From: Lophium mytilinum
Lineage: Eukaryota
Length of the DNA stretch: 64,000 nt
Assembly (NCBI GenBank): GCA_010093605.1
Contig: MU004187.1
Coordinates: forward strand, 1,788,882 to 1,852,881
Direction: 5' to 3'
In this document: one piece after another, positions 23,996-37,600 of the stretch
Numbering within the stretch: the first letter of the stretch is position 1
Layout: each line of letters opens with the position of its first letter
Notes under the pieces: generated by a model
What the model was told of the DNA's origin: nothing
Database searches by the model: none
The model's input: only the letters and a program-made list of their open reading frames with translations
Position numbers and translations under genes: made by a program

Positions 23996-26515
23996 TTAAA
24001 AGAAATGCGTGTGAGGTTTGGACTGTTCGTGTACTTCCATCTCCTGAGATGCTGTTAGCATGTTGCATTCACGTTGATGAAAGGCGGGGTACGTACCATC
24101 TTGAAAGTATTGAGCTCCTCCTTGATTTGCTGTGCGAGAATGGGAGTAAGACGATTGCAAGTGGCGATGTCTCCTCGTCGGTCGTACTCTGAACTGGACC
24201 ACGCGTCGTGAAATTGTACACGAGTATTAAAGGAAATATTTCGGTTGCCGTGTGGCGTGTTGGGTAGGCTTCTTGTGCTTGGGTTGGGCAGACGAGGTCC
24301 GCCGGCGAAGTAATCTTCGCCATTGATGTGTACATGGACTGAGCGAGCCGGGTCGTCAATTGGTGTGCTAGGCGCACTCGACTTCGGCGTATCTGTTGGT
24401 AGGGCGACATCCGCGGGTCGAACAACAGGTGACTGAACTGGTGAGCCAGTTCCTTTCCCTAGACACTGTTAGTGGTATCTTCGAAACGGAGAAACAGAAG
24501 ACCTACGCTTGAGGATGCCCTTCTTCATAGAAGAGAGTACTTCTGCGCGTTCCCTCTCACCGCCAATAATGCTCTTCCTGGACCAGGCGTCGGCATTTGG
24601 GCCGTTTCCACTGGACGAACCCGGAGCGTCAGGGATACCGGCGCGAGCAGCATCCAGAGAGTTTCTTTCCAACTTGGGATAGCCAGTGCCGCCACCGGCT
24701 TGGTCATGAGGGTTAGCATTGACGTTAACCTTCTCCCTCTCAGCTTCGACTGTCACCATCGAGACTTGCCCTACACTTGGCTGCGTTACAGCGCTGTCCG
24801 CTGCAGGCACCCCAATGACCGACTTCGGACGGAATAGACCCTTTATCGAGCGACTTCCCCGTTTCATGTTACTGCCCATCTTCCGAAGCATGATAGACGC
24901 AGAAGAGGCGGTAGATGAGATGGACAGATTATCCGTGGAACCGGAAAACCCGCCCTGTCCAGAGTAGATTCCTGCACCAATGCCAGCCGCTTCCTGCTTG
25001 GCAGCAATAGCATCATGCTCTGCCTCCATGTCATCCTGGTATCTCTCCTTTCGTAGTCTTGCACGCTCCGCCGACAGGTTGTTCTCGGCAGAGGCCCTCC
25101 GGAGCTCTGCAGCGCTTCCAAACGAGAAGGCTCGCCGTAGCCGGGACTTCATGCCTTTGTTTGCCTCCTTGTCATTCAAGGCGGTCAACTGTTGAACAGC
25201 TGCGCTTGGTGTAGAGCTCGGTGCGGTAGCCTTGGACAGACTGGTTGCGTCATTGTCGGCAGCAGTGATTGGTTTGGAGAGTGGGGATGGAGTAGCAACG
25301 CGTTTTGTCTCGGTCGGACCGCGCGACGAGGGATTCGCCGTGTGGGGTCGGGCATTGGACGTTGTAGAGGGCCCATGATTAGATCCACGGGAGGCGGCAG
25401 AGTCTCTCCTAGCCTGTTTGAATGTCAGCAGGTCAACTACATGCACAATGTGATCCGACACTTACAGATACTGGACGAGTGGGAGTGCTATTGGAAGCAG
25501 CACTACCACCGCTACCATGGCGCTCATGGCTGGATCCAGGACGGCTGGAACCCATCTGAGGTTTTGCTTCTTGAACAACTGGCCGCTTAGGGGAAACAGC
25601 ACCAGTTGTCGGTCTCTGGTTGGATCCGGTCGCCGAAGCCTTGTACGCCAAAGCATTGGCCTCGAATCCACCTAGGCTTCGCCTCCTATAACGCTTGGCT
25701 GCGTCGGAAGAGCTCTCACGACCAATTTGCATGTCATCAGCACTATTAGCCCGGTTATGGGAAGGGCGACTCTGTGCATTGGGATTGGCGGTCGTGAAAG
25801 GCGGCACGTTGGCGAGCCGCGAGCCAGGAGGCACTATCAATGGGTTAGGTAGTTGCGGAGCCTGGTTGGGCGTCGAGCTGCCGGTAATGGTGCTGTTGCT
25901 CGAGTCCGCCCGTCGGGGTCCTCCACGGCGATATCGATCAGCCAACGGCTTCACTGGTGTGTCGAAAGACGACGAAAAGGACAAGTCCGGCACGGATGTG
26001 GAAATGCTGATGGCCGAGACAGAGTGTGTCTCCATCATTGACCTTCGAACCATGTCATCATTGGCCCTTCCTGGCATTGTCCTCTGATTGGACAGGGCCG
26101 TGTCGTCTTTCGACGCGTACGGCTGTGCAGGTACAGATCGATTCGACGACGAAGTGGAGATAGTCGAGTCGGAGGAGGATGACGGGTGTGAAGGATGGCC
26201 GAGTTTGGAAGCGTTCGGCGTTTGGAAAGTAGGCTGGCCGTAAATGTTGCCCGGGGCCGACGACGTCCGATTTGCTTCCTGACGCAGAGGTGGAGTGCTC
26301 TGAAACGCGTAGGCTGCTATGGGAGCAGAGGAAGCCCCCCGGTAGCCGGTGCCTCCAGTCTGTGTGTTGTAGAGATGGCTCCGCGGCATCTGGGCTGACC
26401 GGGACTGTTGGTGATGGGGTTGGGAGTTGTTGTTGTTCTGGAAGGCATCGGCGGGAGTGTGCAGCATCGTGATGGAGCCAGATGTTTGAACAATTGGCGC
26501 CAGTACCTGAGCCAT
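23996..26515 (-). CDS. BNI4: Bni4-like PP1-targeting scaffold (exons 26515-25466, 25413-24507, 24458-24097, 24043-23996)
   Basis: Long S/P-rich disordered body, KKGILK (SILK-type) motif, C-terminal RNISFNTRVQFHDAWSSSEYDRRGDIATCNRLTPILAQQIKEELNTFKM|EMEVHEQSKPHTHFF* (Bni4/Phactr PP1-binding tail). Confidence 0.85.
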
Positions 26516-29500
26516 CGGTCCTTGCACAGTGTCGTGGGGAAATCTCTTGCGGGAAGAGCCTGGTGGTGGTGGGAAGAGGGAGAAGGCGAAGACGAAAGCT
26601 GGTTCACGAGCAACGAGTCAGCAATAAGGCCAGAGGGCGAGCAAAGACACTGGACAGCAGCAAGCAATGAATGATGTGAAGGTGAATGGGTTGCACGGCG
26701 GGAGGGCGGACGAAGGACGGTGTGGCCAGGGATTGAGGTGAGTGAGGCAGGGCTGTCTCGAACTGGCGGGTGAGAATACGTACCCCTTTCGCTCAGCGGC
26801 CGTCTCTCGCGGACGCAGTATTAAAAGAAGAGGCGTGCAATGCAAAGCAGCAACGGGCTAATAAAACAGAATGTAGAATGCAACGGCGTCTGAGGGCGAC
26901 GGACAGGGTCGCTTCGATGGACTTCGCAGCTGGCAGCGCGTACCAGACAGGCCTCCCGTGAGGCAATGCAGGCCGTCAAGTCTGCATTGGCGAGCGGACG
27001 GGTTCAATCAATGTCGAGGTGCTCGACGGGCAGGACGCCTGTGGTGATGCAGCGGCGGGAGGTGGAAGAGAAGAGCAAAGAATAGGGTGAGTCTCGCAGT
27101 GGACGGCTGGCCTGGAGAATGGGAGTGGACGAGACGGGGGACGCTGAAGACGGGCTAGTGCCAGCGTGAAAGCGGCGTAGTCCGTGCACCATGCCCAGTG
27201 CCCAGTGCGCGGCCAGGAGAAGTCTTGATAGCACTGCAGACATATTCACGCTTCCTCCACCAGAGTTGCTGGCCTTCACCGAGCGACCAGATGGTGAGTG
27301 CTCTCAGCTGCCTGGCCGTGCCTCCCAATGCTCCCGAGCTTGCTGCTGCCCGGCCTCCCGCGGTCTCCTGCACTGCATCTTGCGAGGACTGGGCATCACG
27401 GCATCTGGCAACGTCCCTGGTCACTCTGGTGCTACATATCCTCAGGGCTCGCTCCGTCCCATGCCTCCCCGAGCGCAGCCCCGCCTCTCATGCCTGGATG
27501 CATAGCAACGGGTCACGGCAGCCTTGCTTCTGCGGCCGCTCGCTGGGTGCTGTGGGTGCGGTGGGCATTGCGAGTGCATGCCAGTGCCGCATCCGAGCAA
27601 CGAGCAGCACGCATTCCGCGCCTGGCAAAAAACAAACCTTGGAGGATGGTTGCGGTGTGAGCGGCGAGGCAGAGTGCATGTGCAAGCCAGGACGAATCAG
27701 CGGGTGCTCCGCGAAAGCCTCCTTCGGCGCGTCGCCAGAGCAGAGCATTTCGGCCACTCGCTGCCCCAGCCTGGCACCTCCCGCCGCCTCTCCGGCAAGT
27801 GCGGCTGATGGCGTGCCCTGCGAGAACCGCCGTCTGGGCAATACGAGCACGCAGGGCTGGTGGTTGTTCAGTGATAAGGTCGAGTCGTCCTGCATGCTAC
27901 CCCGCCGCCGCTATGGATGCCATGATTGCTATGACCTCTCCACAGTTGTCGCAATCCAGTTTTCTATGTAGACCGCTACGCAGGATACGCTGCCACGCCG
28001 AACGAAGTCCACACCGCGGAGACGGCTCCTCGACCTAGAGCGCGGCCTTCCCGCAGCGAGAAGGTGAAGCTGGCGGGCCGCGAGCGAGATTGGTGGGCGA
28101 GTGTGAAACGGCCACCCTTGGCAGATAGCGTCACGGGCAGGCCAAATTGTGGGGGACCGGGATTGGAAATAGATGGCCTCATCCTGGCGGCCGTGCGTGG
28201 TGTTGAGAAGATTGCAGCCAGGAGGCTCCCGGGGCGCTGCGAGGGCGAAACCTCGATACGCATGGCGACAGTGAGATTTCCAGGACCCCTCCGATAAGTG
28301 TAGCACGACGGGCCCTCCAACCCCTCCCTCATCTGCACGCTGGCCGCGGCAAAAACAAAACGAGCGAATCCATGGCAAGGGATCCCGTTCCGCCCAGCCT
28401 GACGATGCCCGTAGTCCCTCGACGATCTCCAGATCGACCAGGGGTGCGAATCATCGAGCTCTCGAGAACCAGACCCTGAGATTTCAGTGCGTTCGTCCCT
28501 TGAAGTCTGCATCGGCCGTCTTCTTAACTTGACAGCACCACTCAGTCCTCGGAATTGCACGCCGACTCCTCCGCGTCCCACCAAGCACGTCGCCTGTGGT
28601 CGGCCGCCCGCACCACTGCCGTGGAACCGTATCGGGCAGGGAACGTCTTCCGGCAGACTGGGAACGGCTCGAACTCTCTGCTCCTTCGATTTTTCTCAAT
28701 GCGGTCAGTCGAGCCAGGAATGCTGCCATCTTCGTGGCTTGTTAGCTGTCTGTCCAGTAGTCCTCTGTACCAATGCTGGCGCAAGCATAGGTACGCTGGG
28801 AGGCTAACATCGCGACGGCTGCTAGCAGCTCATCAGAACCGCATCCTTGGATACCACGTCGAGTGGCGAGCAGGCGTTGGACGGGCTGGAACTACCACCT
28901 CCATCTCTGCAGCGCCAGCCGCAGCATCTCCACAGTGGCAATTCTCATCAGGTAATGGAGCCTACATCGGCACATGTACAAAGGTATCTCTCTCCCCACC
29001 ACTCAATCAATTCGCTCGGTCTCCACGCCAGCTCCCTGGAGGCTGTTGAGAACGCACTGCCATGCACTAAATGCGGAGAGTTTTGCCGTTCTACTAGAGG
29101 AGGACAGCAGACCGCTCGTTGGCCTGGCAGTGGCACCAACTACGGTGCTGCAGCCGTTTCAGCGCGCCGGGATGTTGTCGATGTTCTGCATGCTAGTCGC
29201 ACGCCACAAGATTTCCGAGCGAACCATTCCGCTCCAAGCTTTCTTGGACTGACGCGTTCGCCGAGAGCTTGACACGTCTGTAGCATCGCACAATTTTCCA
29301 CCCGTCTTTGTGCCACTTATAGTATCAGTCTCATTCAGCTGTCACGGCTTTCACGAGCACCATGGCGAGGGGAACTTTTGCTAGAGCTACTTGGCTCGGG
29401 CCGGAGAAAGTGATACCTACCCGGTTTGCGGGCTTGGCATCGCCTGTCATTGTCTCTTATAAGTTTCAGCAGTCTGCAGCCAAATCTCTTCCATTTTAGC

Positions 29501-30957
29501 TTAGATTTGCTGTCGTACGTCACCCCGAGAGCCGAAAGCAGTGTGCCCAAAATTGGGTTAGCTGTGGGCCCGCGTTTCAGATTACTCGGATGCCCTTTGA
29601 TAGGCCACCAGCCGATCACCAGGGTCCATCGCGTCTCGTTATTTCTGGACTACACCCTAAACCCGTTGCGGTCCTACCATCAAGGGGCGCCTGTCCTTTC
29701 ATCTCAGCACTTGCCCGTATATGTTAACGACATCTCCACTGCCCCCCTGATCGCGGGTCCCAATGGGCACTCTGCCTCTATTATGTCAGACCACAGCTCT
29801 GCTCAACTCGGCCGAAGACAGAACGGAGTCCGCGTGAAGATGTTCCGGGTTACGAAGGATATGATGATCGGACAGCGTCATTTCAGCCTCTCGGTCTCAT
29901 CAATAAGCCTCAAACTACTCTTCTTCGATCTTGAAAAGGGAGTCAGAATCATCAACCTACAGTAGTGCAGACTACGTCTTCCTCTGACGTATCAAAGTAT
30001 GGAGCACTTTGCGGGGTTTGCACCTGAGACACCCTGTCCCTTGCCTTCCACAGCTCAATCTTTCAAGAATGTCTCAGTGCAATGTACTCCGCAGGCAGAC
30101 GTGGTGTGTCCTCATTCTCGCGGTCATTCGTGTTTATCAAATGCTACGACATTCACTAGTATGTCCTTCTCCGCTCCTTGCCCTCTTGTTACAATGACTG
30201 CCACACCGCCTGCCAAAAAAATTGTTGAACGTTATTGCATCTTCGTTGAGTAGATCGAACGGGGGACGCCACGTGCCGTTGTGTCACGGTTGACCCGAGA
30301 TCTGGTACTCCTTTCTTCATCTCACTTCAGCTGCTTCTGTTAGCCCCAGCATGGCCACGTACTTCAGGCCGCCCATACCGGCGATTGGCTGCGACTTGCA
30401 TGTCGGGCTGATGTTTTCGAGACATCCACATGGAACTCGTCCACAGCGTACTCCGAGTACAGATCCACCACGTTGTGGGAACAGGAGGAAGGGCTGCGCA
30501 GCAGCATCAGTCACCCTTGTTCTACATATTGTATCACGGGTAGCGGACCTTGCTTTCGCCGTTCAGCACGAATATAAGCGAAGAGTTAGCTGATTTCAGT
30601 CTAAGTCTTAAGACATTGTGTAGTCCTGAATCGTTCGTCGTCAGCTACCCCGAAGCTTCCGCTTGGCTTGCATCCCGTAGTTCTTCCGTTACTCCCGGGT
30701 TAGGTGGCAGAACCTCGAACGAAGCATCGCAACCTCAGAAAGTTATTGCTATTACGTTTACCCGTGAGGTTTTCTTCAATTTTCTACTTAAATCGACCCT
30801 TCAGCGTGCACACACTCTGAATAATCACATCATGAGATATATCACAATTTTCCAGACGTAGTCAACACCTGATCTTTCAGATCCGGCTGACAAATCGAAA
30901 CCTTGGTATCTTTCCATCTCCAGTTCCCGTTCTCTCCCAATCTTCTTTACGCAGACG

Positions 30958-31494
30958 TCATGCAACATGCTCCCTTCCCTCCAATCTCTGGTCCGCCAAT
31001 ACAGCCTTCTGAATCACAACGAGAAATGCGAGAAAAGTATTCCCCACTGTAAGCCCTGTCTCGGCTCTACGCATCGCAACTCCGACTGCGAGCCCGAGCG
31101 CGGTGGAGAGTGCCACATTGAGCAATAGGCATGTTCGTACTAGCCGCTTTCGTGCTTTCCCTCCCCGTTTGGGTAGAGTGCTTGCGCGGCTCGGTAAGAG
31201 GGTCAGGCCACTCCAGGTGGGTTGGGTTGTGAGCTTGAACGAGATGTCGTTGGAGGAGACATTGGCCTCCGTGTCACTCCGGTGAAGGCTTGTTGTGAGT
31301 TGGGTAGTGTCATATAGGGGCTCGCTTTTCTCGAAGGTCGTGATAAGGTTTTGGAGGTAGGTCGCTGTTGCGTCCAGGTTTGGTCCACTTGTGGAGTTCA
31401 GTTCACCTATATTACGGATCGAGACGTCTGTGGAATAGGTAATAACAAGGGACGATGGTATATTCTCCTCGGAAGTGCCAATGGTTCTATTCAT
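30958..31494 (-). CDS. Orphan 178-aa protein with two C-terminal TM helices
   Basis: ATG-initiated ORF; basic patch KRGGKARKR followed by two hydrophobic segments. No family recognised. Confidence 0.5.
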   Translation of the reverse strand: MNRTIGTSEENIPSSLVITYSTDVSIRNIGELNSTSGPNLDATATYLQNLITTFEKSEPLYDTTQLTTSLHRSDTEANVSSNDISFKLTTQPTWSGLTLLPSRASTLPKRGGKARKRLVRTCLLLNVALSTALGLAVGVAMRRAETGLTVGNTFLAFLVVIQKAVLADQRLEGREHVA

Positions 31495-32073
31495 TCTTAG
31501 TTCCTGTGAAACAGATAATCTAAGAGATGCAGCATAAATCAGTCAGACCTTTGATTCATTCTCGCAGCACTCTTGTTGCTAGTAGTGGAATGGGTGTTTC
31601 GTCCCATGATTGTCTTCTCGGGATAGCCTAGAGCTATACATCGCTAACGCCACAGACATATTTAGGCACATATCAGTTCTGCCCATTTACTAGAAGGGAG
31701 CACAGTATGAAGGGAGAGCACTCAAGCTTTAGTTTTCCGATGTACGCACACAGTACTGAGAGCACAAATGTGCGGCTGGGCGCGCAAGTACCCCTGTAGG
31801 TCGACATCGTGACCTGCGCATTCTGATTGGTTACTCCACAAGCCACAAGGCTCGAGGTGCAGCATACCTAGCCTCACGACTTTGATGAGAGCACAACTGT
31901 GCCCTGGGAGGCAGCCTTGCGTGGAATTTGGTTTAAGATCCGCAAAGTCCATTAATATCCGGTCTTTAGCTAGATGCTGCTCTCCAAGAACAAATACAGC
32001 AACGACACAATTTGCCTTTTCACAACCAAGAAGAAAGGACTCTTAACTAGCGGACAGCAACGTTTTCGAAAAT

Positions 32074-34517
32074 ATGACTACTACGCAGTACTCTGCGTGG
32101 GTGTGGTCGCCAGAGCATCAGCGCTACTACTGCTACCGCTATGTCAACGGCCAGATTGAGTATCTGTGGTCTGGTCAGCAGAGTACGGTAACTGTACCAA
32201 CAGTACCAACTGTACCAAGACCTGTACCAAGAACTGTACCATCTGTACCAACTGTACCTTACGCATTCCAAGGGACTCACACCTCCGGATCTACGAGATA
32301 TCTAGCATACGGGAACGCGTCCAGCACCATACCAATGTCTATACCCACCGACAGAAGATACGAGAAGGTCACCGCTACCGATAAAGAAGACGACGACGAC
32401 AAGAAGGATGAAAACTCCTATATACGTCACAGGCTTATACAGAGTCGGCCTACATCATATCAATATGGTTTGCCTTACTCAGGAGGTAATAAACAGGACG
32501 AAATGAACACAGCTCGTGCTACGGCTAAGAGCAGCGAGTAAGCACGTTTCTGGTCCCCAAGACAATACCAATCAACTGATAATCCTCTAGGACCCAGACT
32601 TACAGATGCGAGGTTCCCAAGTGCCCTGATACGCATCAGTTCCATTCGTTGGACGAGTTCCTGGCGCACTTACAAAAGACACACAGCGGCGAGAAAGCGT
32701 GCCCTCGTGCATGTACCATTAGAGGATGCGATTACGTTGGGGCTGGAGACTTCAACAGTTGTAATGAGTACATAGGACATCTGCGGGATTACCATAGTCC
32801 GGTCGCTTATCGTTATGCACAATCGGCTTACACACAACATGGCGCTTATCCCCAAGATACATCAGGTAAAGCTAGCGTAATGGACTCCTACCGGCCTTTT
32901 GCACACCATCGAACTTCTGAAGGGGGGCGCGATAAGACAGACCCACAGGCGCAAACCTCAATAGAGCAAATCGATCCCATTGAATCCCTCACTATTTCTA
33001 CAGCAGGTGCACAGAAGAGAAAAGACAGGGGCGCTAGATCGTCTGAGTCTCCAGCGTCTGCATCTGACTCCGTATCTGTCTCGTTAGAGACCCCAACTCC
33101 CGATGAAACGGACTCGAATAGCGATTTTCAAGATGAGAGGGAAACACTTTGGATGTCTGACTGGTCAGAAGTCCCGAATACCACTGAAGACGAACAAGAC
33201 GAGGCGCGGCGACAGCACACAAGTATCATCGCCGAAAAGTTGCTCAGGGCCTTCGAATCGCAATACGGACTTCCAAAAGGATATTATGCAAGACAGAAGA
33301 CTGCGCAAGATGGAGGCCATGGAGGAGCGAACGGCACCGCTACTACGGGACATCAAAAATCTGGAAATACACGCCCAAAGCGGAAGCTAGGTCAAGTCGA
33401 TCGAAAAGACGCCGCAGATAGCGAAGATGACGAGTGTGAACGGGATCCAATAAGAGGCAAGGCCCGAAAACTGGGAAGGAAGAAGAGACGATTGCTTCTT
33501 GCTTGTCCATTTGGAAAGAAAGACCCACTCCGATATCGTGCATGTTATGGACACACGTTGACGAAAATATCGTTTGTCAAGCAGCATCTGTCCAGAAAGC
33601 ACCAGCTGCCAACATACTGTTCTGTTTGCATGGACACTTTCGATTCTGAGGAAGCTAGAGACATCCATATAAGAGCCAGGGCTTGCGAAGAAAGACCCCG
33701 TGCGCACTTGGAAGGCATAACAAGAGTACAGAAGGAGAAATTGCAGCAGAGGGTTCCAGCCAAGCTATCAGAAGAGGAACAGTGGTTTACCATTTTCGAT
33801 ATCCTTTTTCCAGAGCATCCCCGGCCGCAGTCAGCATATATCGACGGCGAGCTCTCAGAAGAGCTCTGTTCATTCCGGGAATTCGCTACAAGCAAAGGCC
33901 CAGCCATCGCGTCCCAGTATCTCAGAGACTCTGGTCCAGGAGTACATTTACAGGATGCTAAGTTATTATGTTTGGTAGACACTGCAGTCCAGGAAGGTTT
34001 TTCGGTGATTTTTGACACATGGCTGGAATTCCACCGACAGCAGAGTCATGCTAGTACGGAGGCGGAAACACAAACTAGCCCAAGCAGCAGCACCAGACTC
34101 CTCGATGAGGCATCATCGTCTGCGCCGTCAAGCGCGGAGAATGCCGAATCCAATCAGGATCCTACCCCCGAGTCGGCATTCGATACCAGCACACCACTAG
34201 ATCTCTCTTTGTACGAAGGCTACGTACCACCCGATGGACAATCTTCATCCGCGTTCCCGAGCTTAGACACGGGCGAATCCAATCAGAGTCCTACTCCAGA
34301 GTCTGGATTTGATACTGGTACAGCACTGGGTTTCTCGTTGTACGAAGGCACTATACCTGACAATGGATCGGAAGATGTAGTTGCCACGGAACTTCACTGC
34401 GATCCTACAGATGGGACGAACAATATTCCGGATTTCCAGGACCTAGAAGGAGGTCCCAAGGAATGGTTTGAGTCTGCTGTGAACTGGGAGGGTGAACAGT
34501 TCTTGGATTTCTCTTGA
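32074..34517 (+). CDS. Fungal C2H2 zinc-finger protein (exons 32074-32537, 32606-34517)
   Basis: Intron GTAAGC..CTGAT..CAG restores CEVPKC...FLAHLQKTH and CTIRGC...HLRDYH fingers. Downstream LLLACPFGKKDP...C...KQHLSRKH...CSVC...H...C module followed by EEQWFTIFDILFP. Confidence 0.82.
32191..32259 (+). repeat. Coding 9-12 bp microrepeat (ACTGTACCA-like) encoding (T/P/S)VP repeats
   Basis: TVPTVPTVPRPVPRTVPSVPTVP is visible at DNA and protein level. Confidence 0.9.
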
Positions 34518-34676
34518 TTAAGTTATCATGTACATGATCACGACCGTTCCGAGTTGGCTTAAGAGCTTAGCTAGACATTTTCAATGTGTTTTTGCGCCGA
34601 GGGCAGTTACATGAGACGATAGGTCTTTGTAGCACCCGGATGGAGCTACGGTGAATGATTATTGACCTGTTTCAAC

Positions 34677-37600
34677 TTAATCTTCATCGCTTTCTGGATC
34701 CTCCGGTGATATCAATCCTGCAACAGACACCGTAGCCCCAGCCCTCGCCTCCTCAAATTCTTCAAATGCCTCCTCCAGGTCCACATGCACTCTCAGCTCC
34801 TCCTCGCCGAGAACGTTGTAGACCCCTCTCAACTCCTGAAACGTCAACATCTCCGTCAAATGACTGAACGCCAGCATCATATAGGGCTTGCACCACGGTA
34901 GCCGCGTCAGCCCACGAAAGAAGACCTTTTTCGCACGATCATCCGGCTCCAAACTCTTCGCTTTAGCCTTCTTGCTCTGCACGGCCACCTCACTGCTAGG
35001 CTTGCGCTGCGCGACCTCGAATAGGACATACGAGGTCCAGAGCGCCTGACTGTTCCTCCCGCAATCGCTCTCAACCGCCTTCTCAAAGGTTGCGCGTACC
35101 GAATGCGCGGTGGAACCTAAAGCCTCGCCCCGGTTCATCTCGGAGAAAATCGCGAATGCCCAGCCAACGACGCTAGGCGCTTGACCACGGCTTCCCCCGT
35201 GCCGGAGAACAACGTCGCTCATGATCGCGCGGACGCGGCCGTCGATGCGGAAGCGGGATTCATTGGCGGCGTAGATACTCAGGAGTAACGTGTTGTTCGG
35301 AAACAGCTCTACGCTTTGGGCAAGTTTTGCGCGGATAAGAGACGGCTTGAAAGAGTGAGATTGGGATGCGTGGTATGCGAGGAGACGAGCTTGCGCCTGG
35401 TGATGGAGTTCTGCGGCAGGCGATGTGGAGATGTCTCGTTTGTCGAAGGCTTTTGAGGCGTCGTGGTAGATTGCCAAAGCAGCATCAATGTCGAACTTAT
35501 TCAGGAGGTAAGATAGGAGAGCGTCACAGGATACGTAGAGTACGAAGCTGGCATATCGGGCGGTTAACAAGCAGTGGTCGCGCCCGTCTCTGAGGATCTA
35601 TTGAAGGTCAGCCCTGTCGAATATCGTCATCATATGCTTTCTAAGAGACTTAGAAAAGACTCGCATTCTTAGTTCTTAGCGTGTCAGCCGCAGAGAGGTC
35701 CAAAACATCAAAATTAGCACCTGGTCGTGCTGTAGGCTTTTCATTCCCTATCGACGTGACTCGATGAGCTGCCGACGCCACGTCCCCATGATCAAGAGCC
35801 TCCCATATCCATGTATGCCATAGAAGAATGTTGTCACGTTGCGCAACGTCGGGCAAACTCTTGACCTTCTCAAGTGCTGTGCAAAAGACAAAATCTGAAG
35901 TCTCGGTAGCTCCAGTTCTTGCTTCGATTAATGCATAAACGTTCCATAAGCGAAGGCTGGTAGGTCGCTTCTTCAGCAACTGCTTAGCGCTTTTTCGGGC
36001 ACTATTTGATCTGATTAGTAGTAAACAATGACGCATGAAGGTATTGGAACTCACGTGTCTGGGAAATGTTGCTGCTCGAAAGCTAGATAGTATTCTGCAA
36101 CTCGATCATCCGCGGAAGTTGCGGCTAATTGCTTGAGAGCTCGGCGAATGAAACCCAAATCTGTCAGATGGTACTTTTGCTGAAATGCATCCTCGAATAA
36201 AGAGCCTGTGGTCATCTGCAGGGACTTCATTGAGAAATCCGAGAAAGCTCTCAAGGATATCGAGAAGCCGCCTGTCGTTTGGGGTTCATCATTGGCAGGA
36301 AGAGATGATCTCTCGCGTGGACTAGTTTCGATAGCTTCATCCCGAAGGAAGGAATCTTGCCACCAATACTGGCGCTCGGATGTGCTCTCAAATGACAATG
36401 GCGGCAGATGCCAAAAGCAAAGGAATGCTTCAATCAGTGCATCGTGAGGAAAATTGTCGGGGAGGAGCGACAAGAACTCTTGGATATCTGAGAATAGTAT
36501 CAGGTGGAAAGGGTCGTCATCTCCACAATCGTCCGCAGTGCGACCAGGAAGTCTAAGTGCGGCCATGTGCTCGTCTTCCAAGACCGAGAAGTCGTCGAAA
36601 ACCCTCAGAGAGGGCACAATAGTTCGAAAGCTCAGTACCACAGACTCCGGTACTGGTGTTTGAAGGGCATCGAACTTATTCCAGCCCTTGGCATCCACCT
36701 CCCCGATGCGCGACACCTCGCTTTCCCAGAACTCCTCAAAACTACTAAGAAGTCCGCTTGGATCTACTGTCCCTTGATTTTTGCTCGGTCTAAACATGTG
36801 GTGCTCGAGGAGCGCTTGCCAAATAGCCACACCGTGCTCATGGTACCCAGCTTCCTTCGCCAAGCTTGCGAGTCGCAGTAGAACGTAGACCTGGATTTCT
36901 ACCAAGGTGGTCCATGAGGGACCTCCCACTGGCGTTGCGTCTCGAGCCTTGGCAAGCATTTCCAAGCAGGTTCGGAACGTTCCGCGACAGTTTTCGTATT
37001 TGAAGTCCACAAAATTGGTTTGGGCGAAGTCAAGATAATTGGTCCACAACTCTACACTATCTGGGTATTCATTAAGTGTCTCCTGCCATCGTCTAGCAAG
37101 CTGCTTCGATTCCCAGTAGTGTTTACCCTCGTTCATAAGCCCGATGACGAGTTGCACGCGGTCTTGCTTAACGCGAATTTCTCGCAGTGCCTGCGTGTAT
37201 ATTGAAATTCGAATGTCTGCAATGTTTCTACGTTCTGAAGCACTAGGCTCTCGGGAGGGATATGGGCGACCTAGGAGCACCATGTCTTGTTGATGGTCAA
37301 TTAGTTTCAACCAAGCTTGCAGATCGCGAGGCGCCTCTTTCGTGTGACTGGATAGAGCTGCATTCTTCAGTCGGATCTCTTCTTCAGAATTTGCGGACCC
37401 TGCATGGTCCTGGTTTGACTGATCCGACTGATACTCCAGGTCAGAGTCTGCTGGATGGGCGCTTGCTTTGGCCTGGCCTTCAATGGAGCGATAGTCAACG
37501 GTGTCTTCATGTGGCAAGCCTGGTGATTCGGAGCCTCGCTTCCGTTTCTTGTTTGACTTCATGGAAATATAATCTAGGCTGCTGTTTAGGCGCTTGTCTT

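Noticed and set aside
26600..30900. ORFs up to 257 aa in the long region upstream of BNI4
   Set aside because: No recognisable domains or codon bias; more consistent with an extended regulatory region.
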